From positions 1 to 64,000 of IMG/VR virus record IMGVR_UViG_3300032770_000001: DNA of 64,000 nt. One strand, given 5' to 3'. Positions 1 to 9,584 of the stretch are shown here, piece after piece. Position 1 is the stretch's first letter, and every line of letters begins with the position of its first letter. The notes under the pieces are model-generated. The model saw nothing but the letters and a program-made list of their open reading frames with translations, was not told where the DNA came from and did not search any database. The position numbers and the translations under genes were made by a program.

Positions 1-144
1 GGGTGTTCAGAGTCGCTTCCCAGTCATAATCCTGAAGCACGAACAGCCCTTTGCGGACGTTTTGCCAAAATGGTGAACCTTTGAAAAGGTCGGTTGTAGA
101 CGTTCCCATGCTTATTCAATACCAACTTTCGAGTATTAAATATT

Positions 145-603
145 GTGGGAAAGAAGAAAAAGGAACCGACAACCGCAGACCCGAAAGAGGAGCAAGTTCT
201 CACTATCGGCGAAGTCGGCGATGCCCCAAAAATCGTCACCGATTTTGAGGCCATGACTTGCCATGTCCTAGACGGCGGTTACGAAACCTCACGCACATTC
301 AGCCCGACCGAATTGGAGGCTCTGTGCTGCCGAGCCGCTGAACTATCTATCAACTGGCAAAAAGCGTCCTGTTACGAATGGATGGAGGATTTAGACATCC
401 CTTATCCAGTCGCGGTCGCCATCATGGACAAGCTGGAGAAGCGTGGAATCGTGGCACCGATCAAGTATGTGGATGGGGTTCCTACCGATCCCGGACCGCG
501 TAAAGTCCTCAGTAAGTCCCAAACCCCACTGTCGCTTCCGTCTCCCAGCGAGCCCCATCACAAGTCGCCGGACGGAAACGCCAAGAGCGCACAGCACGGA
601 TAA
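145..603 (+). CDS. stand-alone FtsK gamma-domain-like winged-helix protein
   Basis: QKAS...I.Y..A..IMDKLEKRGIVAP...PRKVL matches the FtsK gamma pattern; no motor domain. Confidence 0.6.
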   Translation: MGKKKKEPTTADPKEEQVLTIGEVGDAPKIVTDFEAMTCHVLDGGYETSRTFSPTELEALCCRAAELSINWQKASCYEWMEDLDIPYPVAVAIMDKLEKRGIVAPIKYVDGVPTDPGPRKVLSKSQTPLSLPSPSEPHHKSPDGNAKSAQHG

Positions 604-904
604 CTTCCCGGTTGTTTTGAACTGTATCGCTGTTCAGAATCAGGGTGCTATGGACGCGCCCATCCTCGCCGATGATGAAATTGACCACAATCGGCTCTGC
701 GACATACCCTAGCACCGGGTTGGGCGTTGACAATCTATCAGGCTTGGTAAACTCCTCACAGTTTATGTTCTTGTAGGCTTCCAGCCGGGACACTACGTAG
801 TGGTGGAGTTGGGGCGCGGGTTTGGGGTTGGCGGGGATCGCGAATATTTGACCAGCAAAAGCCAGCGAGACGAACAGGGCTACGGCAATGGTGAGACGGC
901 TCAT
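509..904 (-). CDS. secreted TonB C-terminal-domain protein
   Basis: N-terminal signal peptide; VVNFIIGEDGRV...AVRSWRFRPATCDG is a TonB_C pattern. Confidence 0.7.
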   Translation of the reverse strand: MSRLTIAVALFVSLAFAGQIFAIPANPKPAPQLHHYVVSRLEAYKNINCEEFTKPDRLSTPNPVLGYVAEPIVVNFIIGEDGRVHSTLILNSDTVQNNREVIRAVRSWRFRPATCDGARWETEATVGFGTY

Positions 905-922
905 GTAAACAAATCCTATAGA

Positions 923-1381
923 CTACTTTCGGAGCATCTCACAGAAGCAGCCGAGATGTTTGGTGATGTCGTCGATGCACTCGTTGCGGAAGTAAATCCA
1001 GCCGATAAAAGACGGATGAGAGTCAATCGTTTCTATTCCGGGCGGTAACACCTTCGTTTCGCAAACCTCTTCGGATAAAGCCATCTCCAATCGAACGCTG
1101 TCGTACAGATGAGCAACCAGAGGACGAATTTCCTCAAATAAAACACGTGCCAACGGGTGGTAATCGTTGGGATCGTCCTTGTGGACGAAAGCAACATGCC
1201 CATAGAATCCGCCCTCATCCAGAATGCTGCCGGGGTTGCCCTGACAACTGCTGATGGTTTTGAGATCGAGCCTGTTTAGGAACTTGACCATCGGCACAAG
1301 CTGGCTATCGACATCGGCACCACGCCCGTCGTTCAACTCGGACATGAAAGTCGTTTCGTGTGGCGCTTGCATCACTTCCAT
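923..1381 (-). CDS. Tyw3-like (T.SSC.G motif) protein, paralog 1
   Basis: VDSQLVPMVKFLNRLDLKTISSCQG...GHVAF; same motif as 33656..34192. Confidence 0.45.
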   Translation of the reverse strand: MEVMQAPHETTFMSELNDGRGADVDSQLVPMVKFLNRLDLKTISSCQGNPGSILDEGGFYGHVAFVHKDDPNDYHPLARVLFEEIRPLVAHLYDSVRLEMALSEEVCETKVLPPGIETIDSHPSFIGWIYFRNECIDDITKHLGCFCEMLRK

Positions 1382-1809
1382 GTGATCTCCAGTTCTGCAT
1401 GATAGAGGCTGTAGTCGTAATCCGGCACCATGCTCTCGTGTTGAGTGGTGTGCCGGGTTTCTTTAACCTTGAACTCGATTTTGTAACCGAGTTTCTTGAA
1501 GCGGCGAATCACCAGTTTCATCTGCGGCAGGTAACGATGTTTGTCCCACGTGGCCTGCGCACGGTCGAAATCGTTGTGGTTGCTGCTGATGCAGTACGTG
1601 GCGCTTTTGTCGCCATCCTCAATCGCGTAATTGATGACCTCGTTGAGGTCATTGGAGAAGTCTCGAATGAAGCGTCTCTTGCCGTCGATGACGCCCTTCT
1701 TCGCGGCAGCGGATCGCTTGGCTTTCTCAGCAGCCGCTTTGCGTGCGTTATTGGCGGCAACGATATTGCTGGCTCGACGGGCCTCTCTAGCTGTCAGTAT
1801 CTTCGTCAT
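1372..1809 (-). CDS. hypothetical protein
   Basis: ORF; GAGG SD before ATG at 1809. Confidence 0.55.
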   Translation of the reverse strand: MTKILTAREARRASNIVAANNARKAAAEKAKRSAAAKKGVIDGKRRFIRDFSNDLNEVINYAIEDGDKSATYCISSNHNDFDRAQATWDKHRYLPQMKLVIRRFKKLGYKIEFKVKETRHTTQHESMVPDYDYSLYHAELEITWK

Positions 1810-2005
1810 CTTCTTCCTCATCATGGCAGTTGCAGCAGCACTCTTTGTGTCCGTATTCACCGAGCGCGTCGAAAGCCGAACACAAAACTCTTGCACCGTG
1901 ACTACAGACGATAAAAGCAAAAAGCAGGATGAAAATCGCGAAGACAGCGGATGCGTCCGGATACTTCGCGAAAGTTTCAATCAAGTTGGAAATCGGTTCA
2001 ATCAC
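1787..2005 (-). CDS. small membrane protein
   Basis: one hydrophobic segment, acidic tail, start overlaps the upstream stop. Confidence 0.5.
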   Translation of the reverse strand: MIEPISNLIETFAKYPDASAVFAIFILLFAFIVCSHGARVLCSAFDALGEYGHKECCCNCHDEEEDDEDTDS

Positions 2006-2376
2006 GCCGTTACCTCGGCTGGAAGATTAGGAAGGGCTTTCCACCATTCGATCCCGGATGTTGGGGTAGAAGTGTAGCCCCAGTATCCAATCTCCTCTTC
2101 ATCCGGCACTGCTGGCACCATCCAACTAAATTGATCGCCGAACTGACCTTTGCCCCAATCTGGGAATTCGATCAGTTCGTGCTGACCATCAGGACGCATG
2201 GTCGCTAGAATCTTCTTGACCGGAATGTCCTTGTACCGTTCTTGGCACTTGATAGCACAGGGGGCGCAGTAAAGATCGGGGCAGAACGTCTGGTATTCGC
2301 GCCAGAGTTTGCACCCGTGAGCCCCACATTTAGAGCATTTGTACTTCTTCGGCGGTTTTGAATTGCTGTACTTCAT
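2002..2376 (-). CDS. Cys-rich hypothetical phage protein
   Basis: CxxC motifs; translationally coupled to nampt. Confidence 0.65.
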   Translation of the reverse strand: MKYSNSKPPKKYKCSKCGAHGCKLWREYQTFCPDLYCAPCAIKCQERYKDIPVKKILATMRPDGQHELIEFPDWGKGQFGDQFSWMVPAVPDEEEIGYWGYTSTPTSGIEWWKALPNLPAEVTA

Positions 2377-3806
2377 GCGAACTGTTCTTGTGCCGCCTCC
2401 ACGTAGAAGTCGGACTTGCGGCAGCGGTTCCAGACCTCATCATAGGTCGTTTCGACTTTCAGGTCGCCGTCCTCGAAGATGGTCTCCAGAACGTTGCCAT
2501 AGGCATTCGGGTCTTTCATGGTAACGAAGTCGCCGCTGCCATCCGTTGAGCGATCCACGAGACTCAGACGCCCACCAATTGATGCCTTGGAAGGATCGGT
2601 CTTGGGGTCTTTGTAAACGTCGTGCCAGATACCAGCGCGATTGATGGCGCAGCACTTGATGGCGAAACGCAGGGTGTCGCGATTCTGCTGTTGAAGCAGG
2701 GCACCGCCCATGCCGTATGCCCAGTTGTCCATCGACCATCCCGCACGAGTCAGGACGCCGTTGATGCGCTCGATGTTCTGGTAGTTGACACCGTCGCCCT
2801 GAATGGCGCGAACGGAGGGATTCAGAACCTTCCAGCCCTTGGCGTTCGTTTCGTAGCCGAACTTTTCAGCAAGCGAGATGAACATGTCGTCCAGCACGAC
2901 GCAGGGATCGCCGGAGTCCGGACGCAGCACTGTGGTACCGTTGCGACGGAGAACTTCCGCACGCAACTCTTCGCCGAAGATTTTGTCCACGGCATTCATG
3001 GTGTCGTAAGAATCCACGACGCAGGCGACAAGCCCGTTCGGGAACTTGCGCAGCATGTTGCGGTAGGCGTCGATCTCGTGATCCTTGCCCCACGACGTGA
3101 CCGTCGAGTGCTCCATCGCCGGGATGGAGTTCCCCGGCATCGAGGCACCGTAATACTGCTGGAGCCACTGAATGGCTTCCGGCGTATCCGTACCGTGGAA
3201 GTTAAACAGGTGAGCCGCACCACCGATGGCTGCCGAAACTTCCGAGGAGACGCCACGGTCGCCGAAATCGTGCAACTTGTAATCGATCAGATCGGGGTTC
3301 CCGGTGCGAACCAAATCCTTGCCGATGGTCTGACGGATCATGAACGACAGGGTGCCGACCGTCACCGGATACCACATACGCATCAGGCGGGTCTCTGTCC
3401 AGTTGGTGATCCACGGGAACTCTTTGTCGGTGTTCTCGATGGTCATCATCACCTGACGCTGCGGAACCAACGTGCCTTCTGGGACCGCACGGATGCGGAT
3501 CGGGAGACGACCGCCGTGCTTTTCCAGCATACGCATCCAGCCCTTGAAGTTGAACACGGTCGGATCGCCGAAGTGTTTCGCCGACCAATCAGCCGCATGA
3601 ATCACGTTCTGCTCATTGAAGAACTGCCCGACAAACTGGTTCTTCAGGATGCCCTGCAAGCCAGTCCAGAGCGCACGCTTCCACATGCCGCCACGGGAGC
3701 ACATGTACGAATAGACGTACTCGGTGTCCCACGGGTATTGTGGGTAATGGGTGAACTTGTAGCTGTCGGAGCCGAGGAGCGGATTAGGCTGAAACAGTAT
3801 CGGCAT
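2373..3806 (-). CDS. nadV: nicotinamide phosphoribosyltransferase (Nampt/NadV)
   Basis: DSYKFTH, LHDFGDRG, SIPAMEHS, VVDSYD, LRPDSGD, IQGDG, GMGGALLQ...RDT motifs. Confidence 0.95.
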   Translation of the reverse strand: MPILFQPNPLLGSDSYKFTHYPQYPWDTEYVYSYMCSRGGMWKRALWTGLQGILKNQFVGQFFNEQNVIHAADWSAKHFGDPTVFNFKGWMRMLEKHGGRLPIRIRAVPEGTLVPQRQVMMTIENTDKEFPWITNWTETRLMRMWYPVTVGTLSFMIRQTIGKDLVRTGNPDLIDYKLHDFGDRGVSSEVSAAIGGAAHLFNFHGTDTPEAIQWLQQYYGASMPGNSIPAMEHSTVTSWGKDHEIDAYRNMLRKFPNGLVACVVDSYDTMNAVDKIFGEELRAEVLRRNGTTVLRPDSGDPCVVLDDMFISLAEKFGYETNAKGWKVLNPSVRAIQGDGVNYQNIERINGVLTRAGWSMDNWAYGMGGALLQQQNRDTLRFAIKCCAINRAGIWHDVYKDPKTDPSKASIGGRLSLVDRSTDGSGDFVTMKDPNAYGNVLETIFEDGDLKVETTYDEVWNRCRKSDFYVEAAQEQFA

Positions 3807-4716
3807 GGAGTGTTTTTTCCTTTCTCAGGTTGAGCATCAGCATGTGGTAGAGCACGGAGTGCTCTTCAACCAACACGGCTGGTTGTAGTTTGGATACGTC
3901 GAACCATTTGACTTCTGCGAGATCGTCGCCTGCGGTCGCCGAGAGCGACGAAGCGTAACCACGGAAGAACAACGTGCGTAGCTTGCGGTCGGGCGTGGCG
4001 GCATAGCGCCAATCCGGAATGTTGGCCGAACCGACATAAGTCAGGTTGTCGAGACTGACGTGGGTTTCCTCAAAGAGTTCGCGACGGGCATCTTCCTCGA
4101 AGCTCTTGGTACGCGCTTCGGCGAATCCACCGGGGAAGCGCCACTTGGTTTCATTCGCTCTGCGACCGAGCAAGAGTTCCAGCTTGTCCTCGCTCTGATA
4201 GAGAGCGGCAATATCCACGGTCGGGAAAAGAATTGGATAGCCCTGCGCCGAGGCATAGATCATTCCGGCACGGAAGTCAGCCGACGCGATCACATTGTCG
4301 CTGCATTCGCGGCGGATGTCGGTGCCTTTGATGGCCGTGATCTTCGGGGGAAGATTCAGTTCGAGGGGCTTGAAGCGGCCCGTGTAGTGGGGAACAAAAG
4401 AGTCGCGACCACCATACAGAGTGACTTCGCTGTTGCCCTTGACGACCTTCTTGATCTCAGCGTCGAGTTGGTCGCTCCACTCCGGATCGCCGCGCATGTC
4501 GTCCAGCGGCAGGACTATGAAATCCGGGTACTCCGCTTTTATCATCTTTTCGCGGGTGATGAAATCGAGAGGGTGGTTGAGGCTGATACCACCCGGATTG
4601 ACGCCCACGAATACGATCACTCGTTTGTGGCGTTCCGCAACCTGATTGAACAGTTCGCGGTGTCCATCGTGAAGAGCGTTGACTTGAAAGCGTCCGACGA
4701 GTACGCCGTAGCTCAT
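3784..4716 (-). CDS. nadM: bifunctional NMN adenylyltransferase / Nudix hydrolase
   Basis: GRFQ..LHDGH (HxGH) N-domain; FPGGF.E......EDARRELFEET Nudix box. Confidence 0.9.
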   Translation of the reverse strand: MSYGVLVGRFQVNALHDGHRELFNQVAERHKRVIVFVGVNPGGISLNHPLDFITREKMIKAEYPDFIVLPLDDMRGDPEWSDQLDAEIKKVVKGNSEVTLYGGRDSFVPHYTGRFKPLELNLPPKITAIKGTDIRRECSDNVIASADFRAGMIYASAQGYPILFPTVDIAALYQSEDKLELLLGRRANETKWRFPGGFAEARTKSFEEDARRELFEETHVSLDNLTYVGSANIPDWRYAATPDRKLRTLFFRGYASSLSATAGDDLAEVKWFDVSKLQPAVLVEEHSVLYHMLMLNLRKEKTLHADTVSA

Positions 4717-4743
4717 ATTCCGCCTTTCAATATATTGATGACA

Positions 4744-4944
4744 TCAATCCGTGTAAGGAATCGAAATCATCGCGTGTTCGTAGTAACCGTTACGTAAATT
4801 TTGCGAGTTACGACGGCGCAGGAGACGACGCTGGTAGCGTTTCTGTTTTGCCCATTTACGAGCACCATCACGTGACCCCTTGAGCCAGCGCAAACCTGCC
4901 TTACAAGCGTGGCAGGTACAGCGGCGAAGAAAAGACTTTGACAT
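4744..4944 (-). CDS. small basic hypothetical protein
   Basis: CxCxxC plus Arg-rich C-half. Confidence 0.55.
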   Translation of the reverse strand: MSKSFLRRCTCHACKAGLRWLKGSRDGARKWAKQKRYQRRLLRRRNSQNLRNGYYEHAMISIPYTD

Positions 4945-4969
4945 GCATAGCGAACCCCCTTGGGTCGCG

Positions 4970-5197
4970 CTAACGCATGACAGCCAGTTCTTCCTCCAGT
5001 TCCTTTTCCATGTTCGCCAGTGTGATGGGGTTGTTCAGTTGGAATCCGAGATTGGTGATTCTGTCCCACTGCTCCACCAATTTCATCGCTTCTTTCGACT
5101 CAGCCGGGCCGAGTCTGGAAGCATAGGCGTGTAGGACATTCGCCATCTTGGTGCCCACGAACTCCATCGGCGATACTTTTCTGCCGTTGTGTTTCAT
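4970..5197 (-). CDS. hypothetical protein
   Basis: ORF in operon context. Confidence 0.55.
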   Translation of the reverse strand: MKHNGRKVSPMEFVGTKMANVLHAYASRLGPAESKEAMKLVEQWDRITNLGFQLNNPITLANMEKELEEELAVMR

Positions 5198-5202
5198 GGG
5201 TT

Positions 5203-7164
5203 CTATTGTACACCAACCTCGGCTAAAAAGCGAGAGGGTTTTACTTGGATATTGTTCGGTCCCTGCCGTTGCATGTCGTGGATGCAGAGGACAAGCCAGT
5301 CACGGGCTCGCGTGGCAGCGACGTAGAAAAGACGCCGTTCTTCTTCGATTTCTTCCTCGGAGCCAACCGACCATTTGTGCGGCAGGTAGCCTTCCACCAC
5401 CCCGTGGACGTAGACCCGCTCCCACTCTAAACCCTTGGCAGAGTGGATGGTAGAGATGACCACGGCTCCCTCAGGGTCGTTGTCCCGTAGCTTGTCCATC
5501 GTAAGCAGGAAGATCAGGTCTTCAATGCTCATGCCGTCCGCGTGCAAAGCCTCGACCATCTGGATTAGGCGTTGAATATTCTCCAATTTGGTCTTGACTT
5601 TTTCCGGGTCTTTCTTGTACTTACCGCTGATGTATTCCGGGTATTTAGTAAGGGTCAGAATGTAGTTCAGGGCAGAAACCGGGGTGTCCCTAAACTGTGC
5701 CGCCACGTCAATGACCCCTACAAAGGCGACCAATTTAGTCTCCAATCGGGCAGCCTCCAGCAGGTTGCCCTTGAACTTCTCCCGTGCCGTATTGCGAAGC
5801 TTCTCCAAAGCCACGTCCCCGATGCCGCATTTGGGCACCCGCGAGGCGCGACAGAACGAAGCGAAGTCCTTCGTATTGACGGCGAACTTAAGGTACGCCA
5901 GAACGTCGCGGCATTCCTCAGTGTCTTTCAGACCGTAGCCGCCGCGCACCACGTACTTGATGCGACGGCGAACCAGTTCGGTTTCCAGTTCACGTATCTG
6001 GGAAGACGCCCGAACGAGGATGGCGTTATTGCGGAACGGAATAGGCTTGGCAGCCGAGACGCGGGGTTTATCGCCGCGTGCAATAGCCGCCTGATCTCGC
6101 TGGTACTTGTCGTTATCACGGGCGATCTCAGACGCAATACTGGCAGCGATATCTTCCGGCAGACAGGCTCGGAGCAACTGGGTCTCGCCGTGATCGCCCT
6201 GAGTACCCCGCCAGCTTTCCATCTTCAAGGGGATGGTCTGCGTCATCTTGGACTGGATCACGTTCGCCAGCTTGACGACCTCAGGCACGCTGCGGTGATT
6301 CCGGGCGATGCGGTACAGCTTAGGCCACATCCCGCGCCAGTCTTCACTGAAGTCCTTCAGGATTTTCGGCACGGCCCCATTGAATCCGTAGATCGATTGA
6401 GACATGTCCCCCACGACATAGAGATTTTTGTTGGACGGGCTAAGCAGGAAGTTGACAAACTCCCACTGCACTGGATTGGTGTCCTGAGCCTCATCCATGA
6501 GCACGTGTGCCCACATGCTTTGAATTGCCGCACGCCACTTCGCATCGTTGCGGAATCTGCGCACCGTCAGATGTAGCATGTCATCGAAATCCACAACCGA
6601 GTTCTTGGTCTTCTCTTCCTCGTAGAGCCGCCACAACTTCACATCGACTTTGTCGAGGGCGTGGTAGCCGCTGTGCTGCTTCAGAGCGAGTTCGTGAATT
6701 TCGTCGGTGTAGTCCTTGGCAAAGCCGACGCCGCGTGCTCGATGGAACTGAATCTTTTCCAGCACGGCGAAGTGGCTGGTGCCCTCGACCTTCTCACGTT
6801 CGATAATCCGCTTCATCAACTGCTTCTGATCGTAATCGTCGAGTGGAGAAATTTTGGCTTCAAAGCCGAAGCCTTCCGGGTTCTTGCGGATGGCACCCAA
6901 AGCCAGAGAATGGATGGTGGATACCCGTGGCATCTGCTCGAACGGGGTGCTTTCAGTCAGACCGAGACGGCTGACCAGTTCATCGGCTGCTTTATTGGTG
7001 AAGGTGATGGCGCAGATTTGCCGGGGGTTGAGACCTTTTTTGATGAGCCATCGAACACGTTCCGTCAGAACTCTAGTTTTACCGGACCCAGCCCCGGCGA
7101 TAAGACAGGCGGGGTAGTCGAGGGGATGTTCAACGGCTAAGGTTTGTTCTTCGTTTAGCTGCAT
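5203..7164 (-). CDS. uvrD: UvrD/PcrA/Rep SF1 DNA helicase
   Basis: AGAGSGKT, TFTNKAA, DEAQD, VGDMSQSIYGF, NHRS, TIHSAKGLEW, EERRLFYVAATRA; ends in TAG. Confidence 0.95.
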   Translation of the reverse strand: MQLNEEQTLAVEHPLDYPACLIAGAGSGKTRVLTERVRWLIKKGLNPRQICAITFTNKAADELVSRLGLTESTPFEQMPRVSTIHSLALGAIRKNPEGFGFEAKISPLDDYDQKQLMKRIIEREKVEGTSHFAVLEKIQFHRARGVGFAKDYTDEIHELALKQHSGYHALDKVDVKLWRLYEEEKTKNSVVDFDDMLHLTVRRFRNDAKWRAAIQSMWAHVLMDEAQDTNPVQWEFVNFLLSPSNKNLYVVGDMSQSIYGFNGAVPKILKDFSEDWRGMWPKLYRIARNHRSVPEVVKLANVIQSKMTQTIPLKMESWRGTQGDHGETQLLRACLPEDIAASIASEIARDNDKYQRDQAAIARGDKPRVSAAKPIPFRNNAILVRASSQIRELETELVRRRIKYVVRGGYGLKDTEECRDVLAYLKFAVNTKDFASFCRASRVPKCGIGDVALEKLRNTAREKFKGNLLEAARLETKLVAFVGVIDVAAQFRDTPVSALNYILTLTKYPEYISGKYKKDPEKVKTKLENIQRLIQMVEALHADGMSIEDLIFLLTMDKLRDNDPEGAVVISTIHSAKGLEWERVYVHGVVEGYLPHKWSVGSEEEIEEERRLFYVAATRARDWLVLCIHDMQRQGPNNIQVKPSRFLAEVGVQ

Positions 7165-7619
7165 TGGGGCTTCCACTTCATGATATACTGACTGACTTTC
7201 TGAAGTCGATGGATATCTTCACGAGCGTAGCCAATGATTGAATTACAGCCGCCACAGACGATGCCTCGAAATATTTTTAGCACATCATCATGGTCTAAAT
7301 GCCAATTTTTGCTGCCATGATCTAGGCCATCGCAACACGAACACCTACCTGTGAAGGTCTCCAAAGCTCGCTTTGCCTTTGCAATCTCAGATGCGGGAAG
7401 TCCTTTTTGACGCAGTCTATTCAAACGGCGATGAATCAGACAGTCGGAACAAACAACGCAACCGGAAGCCACGTCTCTATCTTGATGTCCATGTGAAACG
7501 CATTTTCCAGCATGTTTTGCTTCCAAATATGCTCGACGAGCATAATCGACGCACCGTTGACAGCATGTTTTATCATCTAAAAGGGGCTCGGCAGGATGTC
7601 GGGGGCATGTGGATTGCAT
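7155..7619 (-). CDS. endonuclease VII-family (His-Me) endonuclease, probably a free-standing homing endonuclease
   Basis: C..C...LDHD....RGIVCGGCNSIIG. Confidence 0.75.
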   Translation of the reverse strand: MQSTCPRHPAEPLLDDKTCCQRCVDYARRAYLEAKHAGKCVSHGHQDRDVASGCVVCSDCLIHRRLNRLRQKGLPASEIAKAKRALETFTGRCSCCDGLDHGSKNWHLDHDDVLKIFRGIVCGGCNSIIGYAREDIHRLQKVSQYIMKWKPQCS

Positions 7620-8192
7620 TTATCTGAGAAGCTCTCGGATGCGTTTTTTGGTAATCAGTAGCCGCGATCCTTCCATTAAAGGGCTTTCATTGATGTAGTA
7701 ACGGGCTTCTTTTTCAATTTCGGAGCGGATTCTTACGAATCCGACCTCGTGCCGCTTAAGGACATCGATGGCTTCGATTATAAATCTTTCGACATCCTCG
7801 TCATTGAATCCGAAACTCTTGATGACCTCTATGTCTACCCTTGCGGCTGCGTCTTCTATTTCCATCAAATCTATACCAGCGACTTTGGTTCCGGCAATAC
7901 CTCCAGCTAAACGAACAGCGACCCGATACTTCTCTTCTGGGGTTGCTTTCTCAATCTGTTCTTTGGTTGGCACCACAATTGGATCAACCTGAGAGTTGCC
8001 GTATTGGGTGTAGGCTTTATACCTAGCCCCAGTTCGCCCATCGCGTTGAATTGGAATAGCTACGAGACGCACCCCCGTGACGTTCTCTCTTTGATCCCAT
8101 GCCACGACAACGTGTCCGCCTTCGTGCGAAGGCGTTAGGGAGAAAAAAACATCGTCATCGACTTTCGTCATTTTTAATTCGGAAAACTTCAC
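7620..8192 (-). CDS. stand-alone M41/FtsH-like HExxH metallopeptidase domain
   Basis: HEGGHVVVA plus downstream LAGGIA. Confidence 0.6.
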   Translation of the reverse strand: MKFSELKMTKVDDDVFFSLTPSHEGGHVVVAWDQRENVTGVRLVAIPIQRDGRTGARYKAYTQYGNSQVDPIVVPTKEQIEKATPEEKYRVAVRLAGGIAGTKVAGIDLMEIEDAAARVDIEVIKSFGFNDEDVERFIIEAIDVLKRHEVGFVRIRSEIEKEARYYINESPLMEGSRLLITKKRIRELLR

Positions 8193-8944
8193 CCGCGTCT
8201 CCAGAGAATCGCCGTAACGTTGTCGTGCGTTGGCACGTCCACGGCGTATTGTACTAGTTCCTCAGCGTCGGCACCGCCGTCGATCAATTCCTGCATCACT
8301 TCTGGAGAGCAAGATTCCTCGCCCCCATCATGACCGGGATCGACCAGACCATCGGAACCGATAAGAACCCAATCACCGACCGGGACTTCGATACATTCCG
8401 GTTCGCGGGTAATAATCTTGCCCATGTGCCCATCACCGAGAGCACGGGACATCTGAAGTCCACGAGCATGATCGCTGTATGAAAAATCATTCCAAATATA
8501 GCCACGCTCGTAAATACCGCCACGAGCTTCCGCCGCTTCGCGCTCTACTTGATTGGTGCGCACGTTGTGTTCCGGGCTAATCCAGAGGGTATCGTCGGGT
8601 TGATGAATGATGACCGGAGAGTCGCCAAGAATGGCGACATAGGCGGTAGTTGCACCCTCAGGGAGAAAAACAATCGAAAGGGTCGAACCCGCATCGACGA
8701 ACTTGGTGAGCAGATCGAAATCGTTGTACATCTCGGTGAAGACTTCCTGCATTGGTTTGGAAGAATCAAACCGCTTACGCCACACACCGGGAAAGTGCTT
8801 TTCGATGAGTTCCGAGGCTTCCGGGCCGCCATGCCCATCAGCGACCATCAGGACGAGACCTTCCGGTGCCACGATGCAGGCATAGGTGTCCTCTTGATAG
8901 CTACGCTGACCAACGTTTTGGTGCGCACTGATGAACTTATTCAT
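8189..8944 (-). CDS. PP2C-family Ser/Thr phosphatase
   Basis: GQRSYQED, VADGHGG, LGDSP, MSRALGD, GSDGL, HDNVT. Confidence 0.9.
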   Translation of the reverse strand: MNKFISAHQNVGQRSYQEDTYACIVAPEGLVLMVADGHGGPEASELIEKHFPGVWRKRFDSSKPMQEVFTEMYNDFDLLTKFVDAGSTLSIVFLPEGATTAYVAILGDSPVIIHQPDDTLWISPEHNVRTNQVEREAAEARGGIYERGYIWNDFSYSDHARGLQMSRALGDGHMGKIITREPECIEVPVGDWVLIGSDGLVDPGHDGGEESCSPEVMQELIDGGADAEELVQYAVDVPTHDNVTAILWRRG

Positions 8945-8960
8945 ACTACGTAATACTGGT

Positions 8961-9584
8961 TCACCCTTGGGGGCTGCCTGACTTTTTCGCGTCGTACTCC
9001 GCTTGGCAGTCGGGGCAGGTGTAGCCGGGGTCGCCTTCCATCGTGGGCGCTTCGCAGCTACAGGCTTTGCGGACGGGTTCTTGCTTGAGCCCTTCGTGGC
9101 AGATGTGGCATTCTTGGGGACTGATGCGCGTCCCGTGGATCGCTTGGGGGTTTGCTTTGTGTTCTTCATACGTTTTATCCTGCTGAATTATCAATGCACA
9201 AGACTCGCAGCACTTCTCCGGGTTCTCAGGGCTGGCACTGGGGTTTCCCGCCGCACGCCACTTATCGTGCTCTTCCTTGATCGGGCGACAATGTGAAATC
9301 CAATCCTCGTAGTCCTTGGGAACAAACGGCATCTCTTCCGACGCCTTGAGCGCCAACAAAAACATGCGCATGTGCGGACCGTTAGCCATCTCTTCAATGC
9401 GGTGATGACACACGCAGCCGCACATATCGAAAATTTCTGGGTTGTCGCCTCCCACATAGGTGATGCAGCAGCCGCAGTCGTATGCACCCCACTCGTCGGC
9501 GTTGTTGTTCCAGCAGAAGACGTAACGTCCTTTCATGCTGTGTAGAAGCTGCTCAAGAATGATGCCTTGCTTGGTTCGTCTCAT
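8961..9584 (-). CDS. Cys-rich hypothetical protein
   Basis: several CxxC motifs; ATGA overlap with upstream gene. Confidence 0.6.
   Translation of the reverse strand: MRRTKQGIILEQLLHSMKGRYVFCWNNNADEWGAYDCGCCITYVGGDNPEIFDMCGCVCHHRIEEMANGPHMRMFLLALKASEEMPFVPKDYEDWISHCRPIKEEHDKWRAAGNPSASPENPEKCCESCALIIQQDKTYEEHKANPQAIHGTRISPQECHICHEGLKQEPVRKACSCEAPTMEGDPGYTCPDCQAEYDAKKSGSPQG

Noticed and set aside
2622-3833. Long + strand ORFs (403 aa here; also 5572..6576, 29804..30961, 52423..53613)
   Set aside because: Antisense shadows of strongly codon-biased minus-strand genes, with no recognisable motifs.
8945-9169. Lys/Arg-rich N-terminal extension of PP2C
   Set aside because: It lies in an alternative frame of the overlapping Cys-rich gene 8961-9584; the domain starts at ATG 8944.
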